Source of the DNA: Candidatus Hadarchaeota archaeon | GTDB lineage: Archaea; Hadarchaeota; Hadarchaeia; Hadarchaeales; Hadarchaeaceae | Direction: 5' to 3' | Assembly (NCBI GenBank): GCA_964514965.1 | Contig: CAZETV010000001.1 | Coordinates: 30,001-62,000 of the forward strand | DNA: 32,000 bases | Shown: positions 25,101-32,000 of the stretch, piece after piece | How positions within the stretch are numbered: position 1 is the first letter of the stretch | Layout: each line of letters begins with the position of its first letter | The notes under the pieces: model-generated | Told to the model about the DNA's origin: nothing | Seen by the model: only the letters and a program-made list of their open reading frames with translations | The model's database searches: none | Translations under genes and position numbers: made by a program

Positions 25101-28100
25101 CTTTGCTCACCCAGTACATCGATTAAGGGCAATACTTGTTTGTCTTCAAAGTGTCGCTGTTGAATGGCTCCTGAAGGACAGGCTGCAGAGCATATGCCGC
25201 AACCTTTACATAACGCTTCATTTACCTTGGCTAATTTTGATATTGCCCCTTTCTTCTCCACCGTCTTGAGTTCTATTACATTTGTTGGACAAACCTCAGC
25301 ACAGAAACCACAACCAGTGCACAAATTCTCATCGACCGAGGCCACAATTCCTTCGGCCATCACCTTACCTTTTGTTAACAAAGAGCAAACTTCAGCTGCG
25401 CTCGCTGATGCTTGTGATACTGTGTCGGGGATGTCTTTGGGCGATTGGGCGCATCCAGCAAGGAAGATCCCGTCGCTAAAGGTATCGACAGGTCTAAGCT
25501 TTGGATGGGCCTCGAGGAAGAAGCCATCCGAGCCTTGGTTAATGTTTAGGATTTTGGCTAGCTCGGAGGCACCATGGCTAGGAACAATCGCGCTAGCTAA
25601 CACCACGAGGTCTACTTCTTCGGGCTCGTGAGGCTTTGCTTCCACAACGAGTTTGTCATTTTTTTTGCTGACCCTTATCTCGTCGTCCAGCTCCCTGCGC
25701 TTGTACTTCACTCCTTCGTCCTTGACCCGGTCGTAGAACTCCTCGTACCCTTTACCAAAAGCCCTGACATCTGTGTAGTATACAGTCACTTCAGCATCCG
25801 GAATTTTTTCCTTAATGAGGTGAGCATGCTTGGCCGTGTACATGCAGCATACGCGCGAGCAATATGAGTTCGTCTCTTTTTTCCTGCTTCCAACACAGGA
25901 GATGAATGCTACTCGCTTCGGCTCCTTACCGTTTATTTCAATTTTTCCGTTGGTCGGGCCGGAAGCCGAACTAAGCCTCTCGAACTCAAGCCCAGTTATC
26001 ACCTCTGGATATTTCCCGTAACCATACTCGGGGAGCTTGGAAGGATCGAATTGATCGAAGCCCGTGGTTACGACTATAGCGCCAACATCGAGTTCGATTG
26101 ATTCCTCTTTTTGATTATGAACAATGGCTTTGGCCTCGCATGCTTTTTCACATTCAAGACACTCAGAACACCCGCCGCACTGCAAACATCGTTTTGCTTC
26201 TTTTATCGCTTCTTCTTCGGTATAACCTAACTCGACTTCTCGAAAGTTGTTTTTCCTCTCTTCGATCGGCAGGTATCTCATCGGCACTTTTCGTTCATTT
26301 TTAACATCTTCTACTGATACCTCAGCGATTTTTGGTTTTATCCCGCGACCGTCTTTCAGGTCTTTCTCGTTGATGTATCTGTCAATGGAAATTGCAGCTT
26401 CTTTTCCGGCAGCAATTGCTTCTATAACAGTCCCAGCACCTAACACGGCATCGCCGCCGCAAAAAACGGCTTCTATATTGGTTGCTAACGATATAGGGTC
26501 AATTTTGACAGTTCCCCAAGGGGTACATTCTAAATTAATATCCTTGGTTAAGAAGCTCAAATCCACTTCCTGTCCGATAGCTAATATCAGGCTATCCGCT
26601 TCCATCATAAACTCAGAGCCAGGGATGGGTCTAACTTTTCTTCTACCAGTTTCATCAGGCTCTGTCAATTCCATCTTGATGCATTCAATTGCTTTGATAT
26701 GCTCGTTTTCACCTATAATTTTTGTTGGTGTGGTAAGATAGACTAGTTTCACGCCTTCATGCTCTGTTTCGTCAATTTCCCATTCTGGTTCTGCAGGCAT
26801 TTCTACACGAGACCTGCGATACATTATGATAACTTCCTTAGCACCTAATCTCAAAGCAGAACGTGCTGTGTCTAATGCTGCATTGCCTCCACCAACGACA
26901 ATTATCTTATCGCCTAGTTTAGGAGTCTTACCTAAATTCAGCTCTTTCAAGAATTCGGTAGCTTGGAATACACCTCCAAGTTTTTCGCCAAGTATATCCA
27001 TTTTTCTACCTTTCTGAGCCCCCACAGCTAAAAAAATCGCTTTATAACCACTGTCGAATAGGTTCTTTATAGTCAAATTTTTGCCTATCGCCGAGTTCAG
27101 ATGCACTTTAACTCCTAGCGCGAGAATGTCAGATATCTCTCTTTCAAGAATTTCTCTCGGCAGTCGAAAAGTAGGAACACCAAATCGCATCATGCCGCCA
27201 AGCACGGGCGCACTTTCATATATTGTTACAGGGTATCCTTTCATAGCAAGGTCATGAGCAGCAGTTAAGCCAGCAGGCCCTCCTCCGACTATAGCCACAG
27301 TTTCTGTTCTCTTTTTTATAGGGGAGGATTCTGTAGTAGGGCTCTTGAGCTCTAAATCTCCGACAAAACGTTTAATATGTGCTATGCTTACTGGCTCATC
27401 TATATCTTTTCTTGTGCATGCTTTTTCGCAAGGCCTGTGACAGACCCTGCCGCATATAGATGGAAACGGAAGTTTCTCTTTTATAACTTGGAGTGCCTCG
27501 TAGAATTTACCGCGACTGGTGAGCATTACGTAACCAGGTGCGCCAACACCTGCAGGGCACGCGTCTTTGCATGGTTGTAATCCCCGTTTATCGATAGTAT
27601 ATTTGGGCGGAACCGCTTGTGGGAATGGAATGTAAATTGATTTTCTGCTGCTGAGCCCAAAGTCAAACTCGTTTGGCAGTTTCACAGAGCATACTTCGGT
27701 GCATTCTCCACATCCAGTACACTTTTCCGGGTCCACGTATCTAGGCTTTTTCCTTACTTTTAACTTAAAGTTACCTACATAACCCTCGATGTTTTCAATT
27801 TCTGAATAAGTCAGGAGTTCTATATTTGGATGCCATTTTACGTCTACCATCTTGGGGGTGAGAATGCACGCAGAGCAATCCAGAGTTGGGAAAGTCTTGT
27901 CGAGTTGGGCCATCCTCCCTCCGATGGATGGTGAGCGCTCCACGAGGTATACTTTGAAACCCCTGTCCGCGATGTCGAGGGCAGCTTGCATCCCGGCTAT
28001 GCCCCCGCCTATTACGGCGGCCTGAGGTATGACGGAAATTTCGTTTCTTTCCAAGCTTTCGAGTTCTACAGCTCTGTTTACACCTGCCAAGACGAGTTCC

Positions 28101-28444
28101 AGCGCTTTTTTCGTAGCTTCTTCTTTTTCTTCATGAACCCAAGAGCATTGCTCTCTTATATTCACCATCTCGAAGCAGTAAGGATTCAGCCCCGCTTCTT
28201 CGACAGCGCTGCGAAAAGTAGGCTCATGCATCCTGGGCGAACAAGATGCTACTACTATTCTGTCTAACTTCTCCCTGCGGATATCATCTTTGATTAATTG
28301 CTGGCCGGGTTCTGAGCACATGTATTCGTAGTGTTTGGAGACCTTCACTCTTGGATGCTTTCCTATGGTATCCGCGACTTTTTCGACATCCACTGTCTTC
28401 GCAATGTTGGTTCCGCAATGACAGATATAGACGCCGATTTTCAT
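25097..28444 (-). CDS. HdrA-like flavoprotein with a GltD/NfnB-like NAD(P)H:FAD module nested in its inserted ferredoxin domain (1115 aa)
   Basis: The N-terminus and residues ~1-287 are collinear with the upstream HdrA (VYICHCG.., AAVIGGGIAGMQAAL, TLDCSACILTPKM, CTGCGECTEVC). Residues ~288-752 read CPAGV..PFPSICGRVCHRPCEKAC, VAIVGGGPAGLTAAHDL..GGMMRFGVPTFRLP and IIVVGGGNAALDTARSALRLGA..MYRR, which are GltD-type. HdrA then resumes with CLQCGGCSECLECEKAC, CVGSRKKETNSYCSRVCC and the C-terminal 2x[4Fe-4S] motifs. Confidence 0.9.
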   Translation of the reverse strand: MKIGVYICHCGTNIAKTVDVEKVADTIGKHPRVKVSKHYEYMCSEPGQQLIKDDIRREKLDRIVVASCSPRMHEPTFRSAVEEAGLNPYCFEMVNIREQCSWVHEEKEEATKKALELVLAGVNRAVELESLERNEISVIPQAAVIGGGIAGMQAALDIADRGFKVYLVERSPSIGGRMAQLDKTFPTLDCSACILTPKMVDVKWHPNIELLTYSEIENIEGYVGNFKLKVRKKPRYVDPEKCTGCGECTEVCSVKLPNEFDFGLSSRKSIYIPFPQAVPPKYTIDKRGLQPCKDACPAGVGAPGYVMLTSRGKFYEALQVIKEKLPFPSICGRVCHRPCEKACTRKDIDEPVSIAHIKRFVGDLELKSPTTESSPIKKRTETVAIVGGGPAGLTAAHDLAMKGYPVTIYESAPVLGGMMRFGVPTFRLPREILEREISDILALGVKVHLNSAIGKNLTIKNLFDSGYKAIFLAVGAQKGRKMDILGEKLGGVFQATEFLKELNLGKTPKLGDKIIVVGGGNAALDTARSALRLGAKEVIIMYRRSRVEMPAEPEWEIDETEHEGVKLVYLTTPTKIIGENEHIKAIECIKMELTEPDETGRRKVRPIPGSEFMMEADSLILAIGQEVDLSFLTKDINLECTPWGTVKIDPISLATNIEAVFCGGDAVLGAGTVIEAIAAGKEAAISIDRYINEKDLKDGRGIKPKIAEVSVEDVKNERKVPMRYLPIEERKNNFREVELGYTEEEAIKEAKRCLQCGGCSECLECEKACEAKAIVHNQKEESIELDVGAIVVTTGFDQFDPSKLPEYGYGKYPEVITGLEFERLSSASGPTNGKIEINGKEPKRVAFISCVGSRKKETNSYCSRVCCMYTAKHAHLIKEKIPDAEVTVYYTDVRAFGKGYEEFYDRVKDEGVKYKRRELDDEIRVSKKNDKLVVEAKPHEPEEVDLVVLASAIVPSHGASELAKILNINQGSDGFFLEAHPKLRPVDTFSDGIFLAGCAQSPKDIPDTVSQASASAAEVCSLLTKGKVMAEGIVASVDENLCTGCGFCAEVCPTNVIELKTVEKKGAISKLAKVNEALCKGCGICSAACPSGAIQQRHFEDKQVLPLIDVLGEQS
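25632..26029. repeat. Copy A of a 398-bp perfectly identical tract shared by the two hdrA paralogues
   Basis: Base-by-base comparison with 28952-29349 (offset 3320) found no mismatch. The identity extends to 25605 with one mismatch, at 25631 (A versus G). The flanks drop to roughly 60-70% identity. Confidence 0.95.
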
Positions 28445-30399
28445 GATATCAGACCTGCCAATTGAGCGAAGAGTTGAACGTCCGTGTAATGTTTCATAGA
28501 GATAGCCTTAGACGGACAAGCGGCTACACAAACCCCGCAACCCTTGCAAAGCACTTCGTTGAGTTTTACTGAGCGTTTTTCGCTGTTATATTCAAAGGCA
28601 TTAAACTCACAAAGGTGTTCACACACTCTGCAACCGCTACATAGATCCTCATCCACAATTGCTACTATCGGCTCTATCGCGACTTTTCCAGCTGCCAGGG
28701 GTATAGATGCTTTAGCACCTGCACCGCTTGCTTGTGCTACTGTGTCGGGGATGTCTTTGGGCGATTGGGCGCAGCCGGCAAGGAAGATCCCGTCGCTAAA
28801 GGTATCGACAGGCCTAAGCTTTGGGTGGGCCTCGAGGAAGAAGCCATCCGAACCGCGGGTAATGTTCAAAATTCTGGCGAGTTCTAAGACTCCGGAGTTT
28901 GGAACTATTGCATTCGCCAGCACAACGAGGTCTACTTCTTCGGGCTCGTGGGGCTTTGCTTCCACAACGAGTTTGTCATTTTTTTTGCTGACCCTTATCT
29001 CGTCGTCCAGCTCCCTGCGCTTGTACTTCACTCCTTCGTCCTTGACCCGGTCGTAGAACTCCTCGTACCCTTTACCAAAAGCCCTGACATCTGTGTAGTA
29101 TACAGTCACTTCAGCATCCGGAATTTTTTCCTTAATGAGGTGAGCATGCTTGGCCGTGTACATGCAGCATACGCGCGAGCAATATGAGTTCGTCTCTTTT
29201 TTCCTGCTTCCAACACAGGAGATGAATGCTACTCGCTTCGGCTCCTTACCGTTTATTTCAATTTTTCCGTTGGTCGGGCCGGAAGCCGAACTAAGCCTCT
29301 CGAACTCAAGCCCAGTTATCACCTCTGGATATTTCCCGTAACCATACTCAGGCAACTGAGATGGATCAAACAAGTCAAAGCCTGTGGCGACCACTATCGA
29401 GCCTACTTCAAGTTCAATCGAATTTTCTTGTTGTTCAAAATCGATAGCGTTGCGGGAACACGCAGCTTTGCAAGCGGGGCTTTTCCCACATACCCCTCTC
29501 GTAAGGTATAGGCAATGCTTAGGGTCTATCAAGTATTTCATAGGCACGGCCTGCGGAAATGGTATGTATGCTGCTCCTCTCTTCCCTAAACCCAAATCGA
29601 ATTCATTTGGAAGCTTCCCATTCAGTAAGCAAGCTTTGGCGCATTCTCCGCAACCGATGCACTTTTCCTCATCGACATACCTCGGTTTTTTCTTAACCTT
29701 TACCTTGAAATTTCCGATGTAGCCTTCAATTCGTTCGACCTCCGAATAACTCAAGAGTTCTATATTTGGCTGTCTGTTCACGTCCACCATCTTGGGGGTT
29801 AAAATGCACGCAGAACAATCTAAGGTTGGAAAGGTTTTGTCGAGTTGAGCCATTTTTCCTCCGATGGATGGTGAGCGCTCCACGAGGTACGTGTATATTC
29901 CATTTTCTGCTATCTCCAACGCCGCTTGAATCCCGGCAATTCCTCCTCCAATCACCAAAGCTTTCGGTATTACATCTACTTCTCTCCTCTCTAGCGGCTG
30001 AAGTTCGGTAGCTCGTGCCACAGCGCCTGCAATCAATTTCTTGGCCTTTTCAGTGGCTCTTTCTTTATCTTCATGAACCCAAGAGCACTGTTCTCTTATA
30101 TTTGCCATCTCGAAGCAGTAGGGGTTGAGGTTCTTGTGTTCTACGACCTTTCTAAAAGTGGGTTCGTGCATTCTTGGAGAACAGCTCGCCACGACTACAC
30201 GATCAAGTCCGGCTTCGTCTATATCCTTCTTGATTAATTCTTGTCCTGGGTCAGAGCACATGTACTTATAGTCCCTAGCAATCACCACGTTTGGCAAAGA
30301 CTTGGCATATTTCACCACTTCTTCAACATCAACGGTAGCCGCTATATTTAAGCCGCAATGGCAAATGTACACGCCCGTTTTCACTTCCTTATCCCCCAT
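28441..30399 (-). CDS. hdrA: Heterodisulfide reductase subunit A (HdrA), canonical length
   Basis: The 652-aa ORF reads VYICHCGLNIA (N-domain) and ALVIGGGIAGIQAAL (FAD). The inserted ferredoxin is CIGCGECAKAC..CLYLTRGVCGKSPACKAAC. The HdrA signature CVGSRKKETNSYCSRVCC is present. The C-terminal ferredoxin is CSGCRVCEHLC / CKGCGVCVAACP. An ATGA overlap joins it to the next gene. Confidence 0.92.
   Translation of the reverse strand: MGDKEVKTGVYICHCGLNIAATVDVEEVVKYAKSLPNVVIARDYKYMCSDPGQELIKKDIDEAGLDRVVVASCSPRMHEPTFRKVVEHKNLNPYCFEMANIREQCSWVHEDKERATEKAKKLIAGAVARATELQPLERREVDVIPKALVIGGGIAGIQAALEIAENGIYTYLVERSPSIGGKMAQLDKTFPTLDCSACILTPKMVDVNRQPNIELLSYSEVERIEGYIGNFKVKVKKKPRYVDEEKCIGCGECAKACLLNGKLPNEFDLGLGKRGAAYIPFPQAVPMKYLIDPKHCLYLTRGVCGKSPACKAACSRNAIDFEQQENSIELEVGSIVVATGFDLFDPSQLPEYGYGKYPEVITGLEFERLSSASGPTNGKIEINGKEPKRVAFISCVGSRKKETNSYCSRVCCMYTAKHAHLIKEKIPDAEVTVYYTDVRAFGKGYEEFYDRVKDEGVKYKRRELDDEIRVSKKNDKLVVEAKPHEPEEVDLVVLANAIVPNSGVLELARILNITRGSDGFFLEAHPKLRPVDTFSDGIFLAGCAQSPKDIPDTVAQASGAGAKASIPLAAGKVAIEPIVAIVDEDLCSGCRVCEHLCEFNAFEYNSEKRSVKLNEVLCKGCGVCVAACPSKAISMKHYTDVQLFAQLAGLIS
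28952..29349. repeat. Copy B of the 398-bp identical tract
   Basis: This tract is identical to 25632-26029. The track's antisense ORFs 25830..26021 and 29150..29341 translate identically, which confirms the match independently. Confidence 0.95.
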
Positions 30400-30430
30400 G
30401 AAATCACGCCAGCAGTGAATTTGGCCTAGG

Positions 30431-30467
30431 TTTAATCTTTTTATCTATTACCATCATGGTTTAAAAG
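30431..30467. promoter_or_regulatory. Two A/T boxes in the 98-bp divergent hdrA / hydrogenase intergenic region (candidate back-to-back TATA elements)
   Basis: TTTAATCTTTTTATC lies at 30431-30445 and TTTAAAAG at 30460-30467. They sit between the hdrA ATG (30399, minus) and the small-subunit start (30498, plus). Assigning each box to a strand is a guess. Confidence 0.3.
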
Positions 30468-30497
30468 TCGTCCTGACTAAAAGGTTGAGGTGGCCGG

Positions 30498-31490
30498 TTG
30501 AGAAAAATGAAGAGTGAAGAACCAAAAAAGTTGAAATTTGCTTTCTACTGGGCTGGCAGTTGTGGGGGCTGTGAGATTGCTGTTCTAGATATAAACGAGA
30601 AGATTCTGGATGTGGTTGCCATTGCTGAGGTAATCTTTTGGCCTGTCGCCATGGATATCAAGTATAAAGACGTAGACGCGATGCCGGACAAGAGCATAGA
30701 CGTCTGTTTCTTTAATGGTTCGGTCAGGACAGAGGAGCAAGAACACATGGCCAAACTTCTGAGGCGGAAGTCAAAGTTTTTGATAGCATTTGGCACCTGT
30801 GCTCAGCTAGGTGGCATTCCAGGTCTTGCGAACATTTCGAATAAAAAAGAGATTTTCGAGAAGGTATACGTTCAAACTCCATCGACAAAAAATTCTAAAG
30901 CTGCGATACCTAAAACTGCTGTTAAAGTCGAATGCGGGGAACTAACTCTGCCAGAGTTTTATGATACTGTGAAGACACTAGATCAAACCGTGGAAGTGGA
31001 CTACTATATCCCAGGTTGTCCTCCGCACCCAAACTTGATATTGAAAGCCGTGGAAGCCATAGCCAAAAATGAGTTACCCGCTAAAGGTTCGGTATTGGCC
31101 CCCGAGAAGTCGGTTTGCGATGAATGTCAGAGGGAAAAGAAAGAAAAGGTTATCTCCAGATTATACAGGATGCACGAAATCAAACCAGATCCGGAGAAAT
31201 GTTTTTTGGAGCAGGGGGTGGTGTGCATTGGGCCCGCAACCCGTGGTGGATGCGAGGCGCGGTGTATCAATGCGAATATGCCTTGTACGGGGTGCGGTGG
31301 TCCATGCCCCAATGAAATCGAGCAAGGGGCGTCCATGATAAGTGCCATTTCTTCGATTCTCGGGTTGGATGAGGAAAAAGGAGAAACATATGACGCTGAA
31401 AAATTAATCAACCAAATAAAAGACCCCTTGGGGACTTTTTACCGGTACTCCCTGCCAGCTGCTCTCATCCGAAGGAGGGTTCAGAAATGA
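30498..31490 (+). CDS. mvhG: [NiFe]-hydrogenase small subunit, group 3 (MvhG-like)
   Basis: The 330-aa ORF reads KLKFAFYWAGSCGGCEIAVLDINEKILD (proximal cluster) and FGTCAQLGGIPG, with YIPGCPP. The distal cysteines are CDECQ..CFLEQGVVCIGPATRGGCEARCINANMPCTGCGGP. A TTG at 30498 lies 4 nt after a GAGGTGG SD; the ATG at 30507 is an alternative. Confidence 0.85.
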   Translation: MRKMKSEEPKKLKFAFYWAGSCGGCEIAVLDINEKILDVVAIAEVIFWPVAMDIKYKDVDAMPDKSIDVCFFNGSVRTEEQEHMAKLLRRKSKFLIAFGTCAQLGGIPGLANISNKKEIFEKVYVQTPSTKNSKAAIPKTAVKVECGELTLPEFYDTVKTLDQTVEVDYYIPGCPPHPNLILKAVEAIAKNELPAKGSVLAPEKSVCDECQREKKEKVISRLYRMHEIKPDPEKCFLEQGVVCIGPATRGGCEARCINANMPCTGCGGPCPNEIEQGASMISAISSILGLDEEKGETYDAEKLINQIKDPLGTFYRYSLPAALIRRRVQK

Positions 31491-32000
31491 GCGAATTTAA
31501 GGAGATAAGCATAGAGCCCGTCACGAGGCTTGAGGGTCACGCAAAGATAGTGATATTTCAAGATGAGAAAGGGGAAGTGAAAAACGCCTATTTACAACTC
31601 CCTGAACTCAGGGGCTTTGAGAGATTCTGTGAGGGGAGAAAAGCTGAAGACCTCCCACAGCTGCTCTCGAGAATTTGCGGAGTATGTCCCGTTGCCCATC
31701 ATCTCGCTTCCACGAAAGCTTTGGATGCGGCGTTTCGTGTGGACCCCCCTTCAGCTGCGAAAAAACTTCGGGAACTCATGTACAGCGGCTATTTCATGTA
31801 CGATCACATTCTTAATTTTTATTTCCTAGCTGCGCCGGACTTCGTCGTGGGGCCTGATGCTCCACCTCAAGAAAGAAACATTTTCGGCGTGATCAAGAAG
31901 GTCGGCTTAGACGTGGCCAAGGAAGTAATCAAGCATCGGGCTTACGGCCAAAAAATTACCGAGATAATAGGTGGAAAGGCAACCCATCCGGTTTGTGGAC
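31487..32000 (+). CDS. mvhA: [NiFe]-hydrogenase large subunit, Mvh-like (group 3c-like); N-terminal 171 codons, continues past the window
   Basis: It is absent from the track because there is no stop in the window. My own translation from the ATG at 31487 (ATGA overlap with the small subunit, GGAGGG SD) reads MSEFKEISIEPVTRLEGHAKIVIFQDEKGEVKNAYLQLPELRGFERFCEGRKAEDLPQLLSRICGVCPVAHHLASTKALDAAF. It contains the RxCGxCxxxH Ni-binding motif and closely follows the MvhA N-terminal pattern. Confidence 0.88.
   Translation, partial: MSEFKEISIEPVTRLEGHAKIVIFQDEKGEVKNAYLQLPELRGFERFCEGRKAEDLPQLLSRICGVCPVAHHLASTKALDAAFRVDPPSAAKKLRELMYSGYFMYDHILNFYFLAAPDFVVGPDAPPQERNIFGVIKKVGLDVAKEVIKHRAYGQKITEIIGGKATHPVCG

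Noticed and set aside
25164-25631. Long plus-strand ORFs across both hdrA genes (for example 25164..25631, 26247..26741, 28544..29056, 29384..29722)
   Set aside because: They are antisense shadow ORFs of strongly supported minus-strand genes. Their sequences are low-complexity and Ser/Phe-rich, with no SD sites or motifs. Their duplication simply mirrors the hdrA repeat.
25632-26029. The identical 398-bp tracts, considered as copies of an insertion sequence or MITE
   Set aside because: Both copies are in frame inside homologous genes, and they encode a conserved HdrA core segment. They are flanked by diverged but clearly homologous sequence at the same relative positions. Paralogue conversion or assembly collapse explains them, not a mobile element.
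27918-27949. 32-bp identical run between the N-terminal halves of the two hdrA genes (partner 29858-29889)
   Set aside because: The run is short and encodes the highly conserved YLVERSPSIGG segment. Ordinary purifying selection is enough to explain it, so it is not evidence for a second conversion tract.

Overview
The window is an archaeal chromosomal segment. The evidence is aRF1, Thi4, GTP cyclohydrolase III, tRNAs with short introns in the anticodon loop, and A/T-rich TATA-like boxes with strong Shine-Dalgarno (SD) sites. Roughly 1-21.9 kb is housekeeping. It holds a MiaB/MtaB-type radical-SAM enzyme, MetRS, ValRS, aRF1, PyrH, a DJ-1/mtaD/ahcY run, a larE-like/thi4 pair, MoaE and three tRNAs. 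A few small regulators and membrane proteins sit among them. The last ~10 kb is the notable part. It is a tightly overlapping six-gene minus-strand operon: hdrA, a second hdrA carrying a nested GltD/NfnB-like NAD(P)H module, mvhD, two HydB/AsrA-like Fe-S proteins, and a HydG-like FAD/NAD(P)/[2Fe-2S] protein. This operon is divergent from Mvh-type [NiFe]-hydrogenase small and large subunit genes. No hdrB or hdrC is visible in the window. The two hdrA paralogues share a 398-bp perfectly identical tract with sharply diverged flanks. Other observations are three frame-disrupted genes, operator-like direct repeats next to a ribbon-helix-helix (RHH) gene, and many TTG/GTG starts (wHTH, PHP, DJ-1, valS, hydG-like, mvhD, probably mvhG). 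I recognised no CRISPR array, rRNA, transposase or integrase. All family calls come from reading motifs by eye; no database search or folding program was run.
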